NCBI GenBank assembly: GCA_963757655.1
Contig: CAVWSQ010000005.1
Location: 242,366 to 306,365 of the forward strand
Length of the DNA: 64,000 bases
Direction: 5' to 3'
Source of the DNA: an uncultured Acidobacteriota bacterium
Lineage (GTDB): Bacteria > Acidobacteriota > Vicinamibacteria > Vicinamibacterales > CAVVIG01
Shown here one piece after another: positions 7,917-18,219 of this stretch (positions are counted from its first letter, which is position 1; every line of letters starts with the position of its first letter). The notes below the pieces were generated by a model that ran no database searches, was not told where the DNA came from, and saw nothing but the letters and a program-made list of their open reading frames with translations. Made by a program: the position numbers and the translations under genes.

Positions 7917-8743
7917 CGGATCTCCTCAGCCACCCGCACCACCTGCGTCATCTCCGCCACGGCATGGACGCGGACGATGTGTGCGCCGGCCAGAACGGCG
8001 GCGGTCACGGCCGCGGCCGTGCCCCAGTCGCGCTCGGGGGCCGGCCGACCGCCGACCGCCTCGCGCAGAAACGACTTGCGCGAAGGCCCGACCAGCACGG
8101 GCCGGTCGAGCGCCGGCGCGAGCTCGGATAACCGGGCCAGCACACCATAACTGTGCCACGAGCGTTTGGCAAACCCGACGCCGGGGTCGACGATGACCTG
8201 CTCGAGCCGCACTCCTGCCTCAGTTGCGCAGCCAAGGCCGCTGCGCAACGCCTCGATCACCTCCGCCACGACATCGACGTACTCCGCCTCTGCGTACATC
8301 GTCTTCGACGAGCCGCGGCCGTGCATGAGGATCAGCGCCGCTCCGGTTTCGGCGACGGTTCGCGCCATGTCCGGATCGCGCCGCAAACCGCTGACGTCGT
8401 TGACGATTGCCGCGCCGCCGACGATGGCGGCTCGCGCGACCTCGGCCTTCGTCGTATCGATCGAGATCGGCACGGCGAGCCGTCCCTTCAAGGCGTCGAG
8501 AACGGGCAGGACACGCGAGAGTTCCTGGTCGGATGAAATCTCTTCGGCGCCCGGGCGACTGGACTCCCCCCCGACGTCGATCAGATCGGCACCGTCGGTC
8601 TGCATGTCCAACGCGGCAGCCAGGGCCTCGGCCGGATCGAGCAGCGAACGAGCGTCGGCAAACGAGTCGGGCGTGAGGTTCAGGATCCCCATGACGAGGC
8701 AGCGCTCGCCAAGCTGGAGCGCGTCTCGACCGGCGAGGGGCAC
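7901..8743 (-). CDS. folP: Dihydropteroate synthase
   Basis: [14 protein letters not shown]...[17 protein letters not shown]. The start is uncertain: I chose GTG at 8741-8743, with the ATG of MGILN about 50 nt downstream as the alternative. The 446-aa ORF N-terminus overlaps ftsH and is rejected. Confidence 0.85.
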   Translation of the reverse strand: MPLAGRDALQLGERCLVMGILNLTPDSFADARSLLDPAEALAAALDMQTDGADLIDVGGESSRPGAEEISSDQELSRVLPVLDALKGRLAVPISIDTTKAEVARAAIVGGAAIVNDVSGLRRDPDMARTVAETGAALILMHGRGSSKTMYAEAEYVDVVAEVIEALRSGLGCATEAGVRLEQVIVDPGVGFAKRSWHSYGVLARLSELAPALDRPVLVGPSRKSFLREAVGGRPAPERDWGTAAAVTAAVLAGAHIVRVHAVAEMTQVVRVAEEIRRAEG

Positions 8744-8794
8744 GGTGTAGGAAGGGCGCGAAGAGAAGCAAGTCACAATGGGCAAATGACAATT

Positions 8795-8820
8795 GACAAA
8801 GAGAGAGTGATCTCTTTGTC
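8795..8820 (-). terminator. Perfect 10-bp hairpin in the AT-rich ftsH|folP spacer
   Basis: GACAAAGAGA-gagtga-TCTCTTTGTC. It lies 28 nt downstream of the ftsH stop on the minus strand. There is no strong U-tract, so the terminator role is tentative. Confidence 0.4.
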
Positions 8821-8847
8821 CAGTGTCACTTCCAAATTGTAAATTGC

Positions 8848-10751
<1,904 letters not shown>

Positions 10752-10755
<4 letters not shown>

Positions 10756-12182
10756 GCAGAGCCTCCCAAGACCTTTAGGGTCAAGATTATCATTTCTTGC
10801 GCGCGGTCGGTTACCCGAAACGCCTCGTCAATTCCGTAGCCGGCAACCCAGACGATCCGATCGGCGCTGTCCACGACCAGGGGCACGGCGTCGCGTTGGT
10901 TCCGGGCAACTTTCCGGTCGACGAAGTAGTCCTGCAGCTTCTTCCGTCCGTCGAGCCCGACCGGCCTGAACCGGTCGCCCGGGCGCCGATTTCGTACGGC
11001 CAAACTTCCGCCACAACGGTCGCGTCGAACCTGGACGACATCCATTGCGGCAACGTTGCCCACCGTTGCACCGCTCACGACCTCGGCAGACAACACCCAG
11101 CCGGCCGCCGGCAACGCCACCACTCCAGGGATAGACAACGGAAAACGAAAAGAGTTCGATCGCTCGGCTGGTGGCTGTCGTCCAGCGGCGCCGGCTACCC
11201 TACCGGTTAAGACGACGCGAGAGCCGATGCGTTCCAGCCGCTGGCCGGGGAAATCGATCCGGATGTCCCCGCGCTCTGCCATTAGACGGAGCGCAGCGTC
11301 AACATGGCCAAACGTGATCGAACGCCGGCCGGCGAGCTCGCTCATGACCTGCCACAGCAAGGCCCGCCGCAGCGCAATCGGCGCATCGGACAGCGTGGCG
11401 ACGTCGATGTCGCAGACCGGCGCGCCATTCAGGTCGGACCAACGCCGGACGCTGCGTGCGTCGAGGTCGGACGCCCTTGCCGCCATCCACGCCCAGGTCT
11501 CGCGCGAGACGTCCGCCTGATCGGCGAGCACGTGGACAATGCCCTTGTTGAATCGCGCCTCGAGCAGCGGGATCAATTCGGCCCGAACGCGATTGCGCGG
11601 GATGCTGACATCCTGATTGGATTCGTCTTCGCTGAACGGCTGCGACCGCTCGGCGAGCCACGCCCTCAGCTCCTCGCGGCGGCAGGCGAGCAGCGGCCGT
11701 ACGATGGCGCCATTCTTCGGGTGCATGCCGCCCAGACCGCGCAGACCTGCGCCGCGCGTCAGCCGCAGCAACACGGTCTCGGCCTGGTCGTCGCGAGTGT
11801 GCCCGAGTGCCACGACATCAGCGCCTGACGCGGCTCGGGCGCGCGCGAGGAATTCATGGCGCGCGGTCCGCGCCGCGTCCTCGAGCGACCGGCGCTCGCG
11901 TCTGGCGCGCGCCGCGACGTCCTCACGATCGGCGATGAACCGCAGGCCGAGACCCCGCGCGAGGTCGGCGGTGAAGCGCTCGTCAGCGTCGGCGGATGGA
12001 CGCAGCTGGTGATTGAAATGCGCGACGCCGCTCAGGCTCAGTTCGCCGGCGTCGGCGAGCGCCCGCAGGATATGGACGAGCGCGACCGAGTCCGATCCGC
12101 CCGAGACCGCGGCGAGCACGCGGCTTCCGGGCACGATCAGATCGTGCTGGCGGACAAACTGCCGAACGCGGTCGACGAGCAT
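10752..12182 (-). CDS. tilS: tRNA(Ile)-lysidine synthase
   Basis: PP-loop motif [11 protein letters not shown] near the N-terminus. 476 aa. It lies immediately upstream of ftsH, as in many bacteria. Confidence 0.85.
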
Positions 12183-12288
12183 CAGACTGGATGGGTGAGA
12201 CGGGCGGGATGAGCAGGTGCGAACGATCGACGCGAACCGACCGTCCAGCCTTTCCTGCCCTTCCCGCCTATCGTGCCCTGAATTGAAG

Positions 12289-12363
12289 TGCCGGAGGACG
12301 GACTCGAACCGTCGACCCCGCGCTTATGAGACGCGTGCTCTTAACCAACTGAGCTACTCCGGC
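12289..12363 (-). tRNA. tRNA with CAU anticodon (elongator Met-like; Ile2/lysidine substrate not excluded)
   Basis: Manual fold: acceptor GCCGGAG/CTCCGGC, D-arm GCTC..GAGC, anticodon stem CGCGT/GCGCG with loop CTCATAA, T-arm GACGG-TTCGAGT-CCGTC, discriminator A. No encoded CCA. The G1-C72 pair argues against an initiator. Confidence 0.85.
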
Positions 12364-12380
12364 CAGAACTGTCGATTGTA

Positions 12381-13334
12381 TTACTTCGATGCGTCCCGCT
12401 CAACGAGGGCGGCGGCCAGGAGCGGGATCATCAGCTCGTGATGGCCGACCAGCGAATAGCCGCGTCCGGTCCCCGCCGTCGGGCGGGCGACCACGTTGGT
12501 CTGCGGGCGGTAGGAGCGGATGAAATCAAGGTTGACCGTGGACAGCCTGCTCAGTGCGATTCCGCGATTACGCGCGATGGCGACCGCCTTGAGGAAGACC
12601 TCGGGCAGCACCACCGCCGATCCGCAGTTCAAGTACACGCCGTGCTCGAGGCGGGCGACGTTGGACACGAAGTAGCGGAAGTCGCGCAGGCTGCCTTCAC
12701 CCAGCGCCGCGCCGGAAGCGGCCGGATGCATGTGGATGATGTCGGTGCCGATGGCGATGTGCACGGTGACCGGGATGTTGAGCCGGGCGGCAGCCGCGAG
12801 GATGCTCTGCCTGGCGTAGTGCGGCTGCATGGCAGCCAGGAATCGCGTCACCGCCTGACCGATTCCCAGTCCCGCGCCGACCCCGTCGTTGATCGCCGCG
12901 TTGAGCAGGCGGCCGGTCTCGTCCGCCATGCCGAAGCGTCCGGGGCCGAGCGCTTCGTCGACGTCTTCCGAGGTGGCGCCGGCGAGCGCGACCTCGAAGT
13001 CGTGAATCACCGACGCACCGTTGGTGGCGAGCGCCGAGACGAAGCCGCGCTCCATCAAGTCGATGAGGATCGGGCCCAGCCCGGTCTTGATCACGTGAGC
13101 TCCGAGCCCCCAAATGACGCCGGCGTCGGCATGTCTGGCTTCGACGATCGCGCCGACGATCGTCTTGAAGTCGCCGGCAGCGAGCATGCCCGGCAGCGAG
13201 GCGACGAAGTCCCCGATCGAACCGCCTGGTGTCGCCGGCCGGGCAAAGTCCTCGACCCGGGCCTTGCTCTTTCGCGATGTGATCGGATAGGTCCTGATGT
13301 CGGAGAGGTCGAATTCTTCGTAGGTGAAGGCCAT
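12381..13334 (-). CDS. Deoxyhypusine-synthase-like (DHS-like NAD-binding fold) family protein, function unknown
   Basis: GAHVIKTGLGPILIDLMERGFVSALATNGASVIHDFEVAL resembles the DHS core pattern (G..r..i..L....v..lvTTgg..eeD). 317 aa. Recognition is by eye only. Confidence 0.45.
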   Translation of the reverse strand: MAFTYEEFDLSDIRTYPITSRKSKARVEDFARPATPGGSIGDFVASLPGMLAAGDFKTIVGAIVEARHADAGVIWGLGAHVIKTGLGPILIDLMERGFVSALATNGASVIHDFEVALAGATSEDVDEALGPGRFGMADETGRLLNAAINDGVGAGLGIGQAVTRFLAAMQPHYARQSILAAAARLNIPVTVHIAIGTDIIHMHPAASGAALGEGSLRDFRYFVSNVARLEHGVYLNCGSAVVLPEVFLKAVAIARNRGIALSRLSTVNLDFIRSYRPQTNVVARPTAGTGRGYSLVGHHELMIPLLAAALVERDASK

Positions 13335-13338
13335 AGGC

Positions 13339-14403
13339 TCACAGAATCAACATGGCGTCGCCATAGCTGTAGAAATGGTAGCGCTCCGCGATCGCCGCAT
13401 CATATGCGGATCTGACGGCGTCGCGGCCCGCAAACGCCGAGACCAGCAGCAGCAGGGACGACCTGGGCAGGTGAAAGTTCGTGACCAGGCCGCCGACGAT
13501 CTGGAAGCCTGCGCCCGGATACAGGAAGAGATCGGTCTGGCCTGGCCCCGCGACCAGCTCCCCGTGGTGGGCCCGGGCGACGGCTTCGAGCGTGCGGGTG
13601 GTAGTGGTCCCGACCGCGATCACACGCCGGCCCGCGGCGCGGGCGCGGTTGACGGCGGCGGCGGCGGCGGTGCCGACTTCGTAGCGCTCCGCTTCAAGGC
13701 GATGGTCCTCGACGCGATCGACGCGGATCGGCTGGAAGGTGCCATAGCCGACGTGGAGCACGATCTCGGCGATCTCGACGCCGCGATCGGCGAGCGCCGC
13801 CATCAGCGGCGCCGTGAAGTGCAGCCCGGCGGTCGGCGCGGCAATCGAACCGCGCTCCCGCGCGAACACGGTCTGGTAGCGATCGCGATCGCCGGCGCGA
13901 TCCTCGCGCTTGATGTAGGGCGGCAGCGGCATGTGGCCGATGGCGTCCACGGCCTCGTCCACGGTCGAGCCATCGTCTGTCCACAGCCGGAGGGTGCGGC
14001 GACCGAAGTCGCGCCGCTCCAGAATCTCGCCGTGGATGGCGCGGGCGCCGTCGAACATCAGACGCGCCCCGGGCTTCAACTTCTGTCCCGGATGCACCAG
14101 CGCTTCCCACACCGCCAGCGTCGGCGAATCGCCGCGATCGAGCAGGCGTCCGACCAGCAGGCACTCGACGGCGCCGCCGCTCGGGACACGCCGCCCGAGC
14201 AGCCGCGCCGGAAACACCTTGGTGCTGTTGACAACGAGGAGGTCGCCGCGGCGAAGGAGATCGGGCAGCGCAGCGATGCCGGTGTGCGCGATCGATCCAC
14301 TCGTGCGATCCAGGTGGAGCAGACGCGCGCCACCGCGCTCGGCGGGTGGCTCCTGGGCGATCAGCTCAGGCGGAAGCTCGAAGTCGAAATCGCGGACGTC
14401 CAT
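13339..14403 (-). CDS. queA: S-adenosylmethionine:tRNA ribosyltransferase-isomerase
   Basis: MDVRDFDFELPPELIAQEP...RLL N-terminus is typical of QueA. 354 aa. Confidence 0.9.
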   Translation of the reverse strand: MDVRDFDFELPPELIAQEPPAERGGARLLHLDRTSGSIAHTGIAALPDLLRRGDLLVVNSTKVFPARLLGRRVPSGGAVECLLVGRLLDRGDSPTLAVWEALVHPGQKLKPGARLMFDGARAIHGEILERRDFGRRTLRLWTDDGSTVDEAVDAIGHMPLPPYIKREDRAGDRDRYQTVFARERGSIAAPTAGLHFTAPLMAALADRGVEIAEIVLHVGYGTFQPIRVDRVEDHRLEAERYEVGTAAAAAVNRARAAGRRVIAVGTTTTRTLEAVARAHHGELVAGPGQTDLFLYPGAGFQIVGGLVTNFHLPRSSLLLLVSAFAGRDAVRSAYDAAIAERYHFYSYGDAMLIL

Positions 14404-14417
14404 GTCCGCTGTTGATG

Positions 14418-15092
14418 TTAGTGGATCGTCGTCGGCCCGCCGTCCCCGAGCGGCGCCTCGCGCCAGTCTTCGGCCAGGATGGTCCAGAGCGCCTGGTCGT
14501 GATGTTCACCGTGGCGCAGAAACGATTTTCGCAGAATGCCTTCGCGCGTGGCGCCGAGCTTGCGGAGCGCGGCATTGCCGCGTCCGTTCGCCAGCGAGGC
14601 GCGCGCTTCGAGCCGGTGGGTACCGAGCACGTCGAACGCGAACGCAATCGCCATCCGGGCACCTTCGCCGAAGTAGCCGCTGCCCCAGACGTCGGCGGCG
14701 AGCGCGAAACCCCATTCGGCGGTACCGAAGTCCGGCTCGAGCGATCGAATCTGGAACAGGCCGATGGCGGTGTCGGATCCGCGCGGCACGACCGCGAAGC
14801 AGGCGTAGCGACCGGCTGCCTGCTGGCGAAGCGTCCAGGCGATGAACTTCTCGAAGCCCTCGAGCGTCGCCGGCGGCGGCGAGAGGAAACGCGTCACTTC
14901 CTCGCTGGTCAACGCGGCAAACAGCGATAGCGCATCGTCGGCCCGCAGTTCCCGCAGCGTCACGAGGGACCCGGCAAGTGTCGGCAAACCACCGCGCCAG
15001 TCCTGCTTCGCGTTCTGCGACGGTACGACTACCGGTTCGGTGGTCACCACCGTGGCAAGGCCGGCGTGTTCCCGGTACGGCATCTTCTCCAT
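14418..15092 (-). CDS. GNAT family N-acetyltransferase (RimJ/RimL-like)
   Basis: LRELRADDALSLF...AIGLFQIRSLEPDFGTAEWGFALAADVWGSGY...RLEARASLANGRGNAALRKLGATREGILR. I chose the start at ATG 15090-15092; ATG 15081-15083 is also possible. The longer ORF start at 15242 is less likely. Confidence 0.75.
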   Translation of the reverse strand: MEKMPYREHAGLATVVTTEPVVVPSQNAKQDWRGGLPTLAGSLVTLRELRADDALSLFAALTSEEVTRFLSPPPATLEGFEKFIAWTLRQQAAGRYACFAVVPRGSDTAIGLFQIRSLEPDFGTAEWGFALAADVWGSGYFGEGARMAIAFAFDVLGTHRLEARASLANGRGNAALRKLGATREGILRKSFLRHGEHHDQALWTILAEDWREAPLGDGGPTTIH

Positions 15093-15251
15093 TAGCGGGA
15101 CTTTCCCCCGCGCACAGCGCCGAGAGAGGCCAACCGCATTCCACAGGGAATCACGCGCTCTACGGGAGCAAGGGTGTAGCCACGACGGGCCAACTTTCAA
15201 TCGCTGGCTGCAACGGTCTGCGAAATAAATGGTTACAGTCACGGTCTGGTA

Positions 15252-15279
15252 TTGTTATGACTATATAGGACTATATAGT
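15252..15279 (+). promoter_or_regulatory. Sigma-70-like promoter candidate, TTGTTA-N16-TATAGT, facing the TrxB-like operon
   Basis: Read directly: TTGTTA at 15252-15257 and TATAGT at 15274-15279, in a clearly AT-rich 212-bp divergent intergenic region. Confidence 0.35.
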
Positions 15280-15282
15280 CAT
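15257..15282. promoter_or_regulatory. 26-bp near-perfect palindrome / tandem GACTATATAG x2 (operator-like site)
   Basis: ATGACTATATAG-GA-CTATATAGTCAT has 12-bp arms that are exact reverse complements. It overlaps the putative spacer and -10 element. Confidence 0.55.
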
Positions 15283-15306
15283 GTTACTAAATAGGACACA
15301 ATTGCG

Positions 15307-15337
15307 GCCTCTCATGCGGATCAGAGGCATTTTTATT
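15307..15337 (+). terminator. Intrinsic-terminator-like hairpin in the 5' leader (attenuator candidate)
   Basis: GCCTCT (15307-12), a 10-nt loop, AGAGGC (15323-28), then ATTTTTATT. It is flanked by a second imperfect inverted repeat, GGACACAATTG (15294-15304) / CAATTGTCC (15358-15366). Confidence 0.4.
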
Positions 15338-15425
15338 CGTAGATCGCGGGAAAATGTCAATTGTCCTGTTTACGTACGACTGTGCTTCTATCGAACATAA
15401 AGTCCTTAATGAGGAGATCGAATTC

Positions 15426-15455
15426 GTGGTGATGGTCTTGCACCGGTCCAGCTGA
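15426..15455 (+). CDS. Candidate 9-codon upstream leader ORF (V/M-V-M-V-L-H-R-S-S) coupled to the TrxB-like gene
   Basis: GAGGAG at 15411-15416 is the only SD-like sequence here. It lies 9 nt before GTG 15426 and 15 nt before the in-frame ATG 15432. The uORF stop TGA at 15453-15455 overlaps the main ATG at 15455-15457 (TGATG). Confidence 0.3.
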   Translation: MVMVLHRSS

Positions 15456-16348
15456 TGTTCGATGTCGTCATCATCGGGGGTGGTCCAGCCGGCTTGAGTG
15501 CGGCGCTGATGTTGGGACGCTGCCGGCGTCGAGTGCTGGTCCTCGACCTCGGACAGCCGCGCAATCGAGGCTCGAAGGCGCTCCACGGCTATCTCACGCG
15601 CGATGGCATCGCACCCTCGTCGTTGATCGAGCTTGGGCGCGACGAACTGGCGCAATACGACGTCGAGCTGCGTCGGATCGGCGCCACCGGCGCGCACCTG
15701 GCTGGCAATCACTATCAGGTGTCGCTCGCCGATGGCGGCGAGGAGCGTGGACGCTACCTGTTAATCGCCACCGGCGTGATTGACGATCTGCCGGCGATTC
15801 CCGGATTCGACGCGTGCTACGGCCGCTCGATCTTTCATTGCCCCTATTGCGACGGATGGGAGCGGCGCGACCGCCCGCTCGCGGCGTTCGGCCGCGGCGC
15901 AGACGTGGTCGGCCTCGCACTCGGACTGAAAAGCTGGAGCGCCGACGTCATTGTCTGCACCAACGGCAGCCGCCTCGAGGGTCGGATGCGGCAGCGTCTC
16001 GAGCGCAACGACATTCGCGTGCGTCGCGACGCGATTGCCAGCCTCGCGCATCGGGACGGCATGCTCGAGCGCATCGTTTTCGAGAGGGGCGAACCGCTGC
16101 CGCGTGAGGCGCTGTTCTTCGCCACCGGGCAGCACCCGCAGTCGAGTCTCGCGGTTTCGCTTGGATGCGCCATCAACCGACGCGGCACCGTGAACACCGG
16201 CACGGCGTGCGACACCAAGGTGCCGCGTCTCTTTGTTGCCGGCGACGCCTCGCGCGATGCGCAATTCGTCGTCGTCGCCGCGGCCGAGGGCGTGAAGGCG
16301 GCCTGCGCGATCAACAAAGCACTGCAACTCGAGGAGCTGAAGCCATGA
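15455..16348 (+). CDS. NAD(P)/FAD-dependent oxidoreductase, thioredoxin-reductase-like
   Basis: MFDVVIIGGGPAGLSAALMLGR (FAD GxGxxG) and the redox motif CPYCDGWE. 297 aa. Confidence 0.85.
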   Translation: MFDVVIIGGGPAGLSAALMLGRCRRRVLVLDLGQPRNRGSKALHGYLTRDGIAPSSLIELGRDELAQYDVELRRIGATGAHLAGNHYQVSLADGGEERGRYLLIATGVIDDLPAIPGFDACYGRSIFHCPYCDGWERRDRPLAAFGRGADVVGLALGLKSWSADVIVCTNGSRLEGRMRQRLERNDIRVRRDAIASLAHRDGMLERIVFERGEPLPREALFFATGQHPQSSLAVSLGCAINRRGTVNTGTACDTKVPRLFVAGDASRDAQFVVVAAAEGVKAACAINKALQLEELKP

Positions 16349-17568
16349 TTCCCAAGGCGGTTGCCAGCCCGCCGCCGGCCGGCGACACGGCGGCGAAGGC
16401 CCAGGATGCTGTCGAAGACGCGAGCCGCGCCCGCCAATCGCCGCTGGACCGGTCCAATTCCGACGAACCGCTGGCGATCCGGATGCCGGTCGACATCCGC
16501 AACGCCGCGCTCACCGTGCTGGCGGGGCTCGCCATCGTGCTGGTGCTGCAGTATGCCCAGGCGATGATCATCCCGATCGTGCTGGCGCTCCTCATCAGCT
16601 ATGCGCTCGAACCGGTGGTGGCGTGGCTGGTGCGCCGTCGCGTGCCGCGCTCGCTCAGCGCCGCGATCGTGCTGTTGACGCTGGTCGCCTCTGGCGGCGG
16701 GATGCTCTACGGCCTGCGGTCCGAGGCCAGCGCGATCGTCGAACAGCTGCCGCAAGCCGCCCGGCGACTGCGTCAGTCCATCGAAAGCAATCGGCCGCAG
16801 GCCGCGAACGCGATTCAACAGGTGCAGAAGGCGGCGACCGAGCTGGAGAAAGTCGCCAATGCGGCGGCGCCTCCGGCGCCGCGCGGAAACGTTCAGCGCG
16901 TCCAGCTCGAAACGCCCGGGATCAACATCAGCGACTACGTGATGTGGGGGTCGCTCGGTGTCGTCGCGGCGGCGGGCCAGCTCGTGCTGATCCTCTTTCT
17001 CGTGTTCTTCCTGATCTCGTCCGGCGATCTCTATCGCCGCAAACTGGTCAAGATTGTCGGACCGTCGCTGACCGACAAGAAGGTGACCGTACAGATCCTG
17101 GAAGAGATCGATCGCCAGATCGAGATGTTTCTGGTCGTCGAGCTGTTCACCAGCCTCGTCGTCGGAACCGCCAGCTGGCTCGCGTTCCGCGCGCTCGGCC
17201 TCCAGCAGGCGGCGCTCTGGGGAGCGCTCGCGGGCCTGTTCAACACCATCCCCTACTTCGGACCGGTGATCGTGACCGCCGCGACCGCGGTCGTGGCCTT
17301 CCTTCAGTTCGGCAGCGTCTGGATGTCGATTGTGGTCGGCGGCGCCTCGCTGGTCATCACCAGCCTCGAAGGATTTCTGCTGACGCCGTGGCTCACCAGC
17401 CGCGCGGCGCGGATGAACGCCGTCGCCATCTTCGTCGGACTGCTGTTCTGGGGGTGGGTGTGGAACGTGTGGGGCATGCTGCTGGCCGTGCCGATGCTGA
17501 TGGTGATAAAGGTGATCTGCGATCACGTCGAGGACTTCAAGGGCATCGCCGAGTTACTCGGCGACTGA
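16345..17568 (+). CDS. AI-2E family transporter (PerM/UPF0118)
   Basis: I trimmed to the ATG at 16345 (ATGA overlap with the upstream stop). It is multi-TM, with the characteristic C-terminal region ...IPYFGPVIVTA...FVGLLFWGWVWNVWGMLLAVP. Confidence 0.8.
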   Translation: MIPKAVASPPPAGDTAAKAQDAVEDASRARQSPLDRSNSDEPLAIRMPVDIRNAALTVLAGLAIVLVLQYAQAMIIPIVLALLISYALEPVVAWLVRRRVPRSLSAAIVLLTLVASGGGMLYGLRSEASAIVEQLPQAARRLRQSIESNRPQAANAIQQVQKAATELEKVANAAAPPAPRGNVQRVQLETPGINISDYVMWGSLGVVAAAGQLVLILFLVFFLISSGDLYRRKLVKIVGPSLTDKKVTVQILEEIDRQIEMFLVVELFTSLVVGTASWLAFRALGLQQAALWGALAGLFNTIPYFGPVIVTAATAVVAFLQFGSVWMSIVVGGASLVITSLEGFLLTPWLTSRAARMNAVAIFVGLLFWGWVWNVWGMLLAVPMLMVIKVICDHVEDFKGIAELLGD

Positions 17569-18219
17569 CGCTTCGCGCTCAGGCCATGCGCCCGCCTTCT
17601 CAACGCACCAGGTCGTCATGCAGCGCTGCTGCTGCACGTTGGTGGTTTTGATTGGATCGAGCAGCGCGCCGCCGAGACGCTGCGTGCGCTCGAGCAGCAT
17701 GCTCTCGTCGACAACGAACCGATCCGATCCATCTGGCAGCCGCACGCTTCGTCCGGCGGCCCCGACCATCGCCTCGATACCGATGTTCGAGGCCAGCCGG
17801 GCGAACAGCAGCCCGCCCGGCGCCAGCACGCGCCACATCTCCTCGACCATGCGATCGAAATGCGCCTGGTCGGAGGCGAAATGCAGCACGGCGCTGCAGA
17901 CGATGGCATCCATGCTGCCGGCGTCCCAGGGCAGCCGATCGATCGCGCCGGTGCGGAAGTTCTGCGGCGGCAATTCCGGCGCCAGCTGCGCGGCCAGGTC
18001 ACGCAGACGCGCGATCGCTGCGGGGTCGCGATCGATGCCGAAGCAGGTGAACCGGCGGCCAAGCAAGTAGACCAGGTTGCGGCCCTCGCCGCAGCCGGCA
18101 TCGAGGATGCGCTGACGGCGATCGAAGCGGCCGCGCAGCAGCTGATCGAAGAGGTAGATGTCGATCGCGCCGAAGGTCTGGCGCAGATCGATTCCGGGTG
18201 GCGCCAGCTCCGCCGCCAT
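17554..18219 (-). CDS. Class I SAM-dependent methyltransferase
   Basis: Motif I ILDAGCGEGRNLVYL. I chose the start at ATG 18217-18219, overlapping the stop of the upstream DUF885-like gene (ATGA). Confidence 0.75.
   Translation of the reverse strand: MAAELAPPGIDLRQTFGAIDIYLFDQLLRGRFDRRQRILDAGCGEGRNLVYLLGRRFTCFGIDRDPAAIARLRDLAAQLAPELPPQNFRTGAIDRLPWDAGSMDAIVCSAVLHFASDQAHFDRMVEEMWRVLAPGGLLFARLASNIGIEAMVGAAGRSVRLPDGSDRFVVDESMLLERTQRLGGALLDPIKTTNVQQQRCMTTWCVEKAGAWPEREASVAE

Noticed and set aside
12289-12363. tRNA(CAU) as initiator tRNA-fMet
   Set aside because: Position 1-72 is a normal G-C pair, and the anticodon stem lacks the three consecutive G-C pairs typical of bacterial initiators.
15844-17526. 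560-aa minus-strand ORF
   Set aside because: It is antisense to the TrxB-like and AI-2E genes. It is Arg/His/Asp-rich and low in complexity with no motifs.
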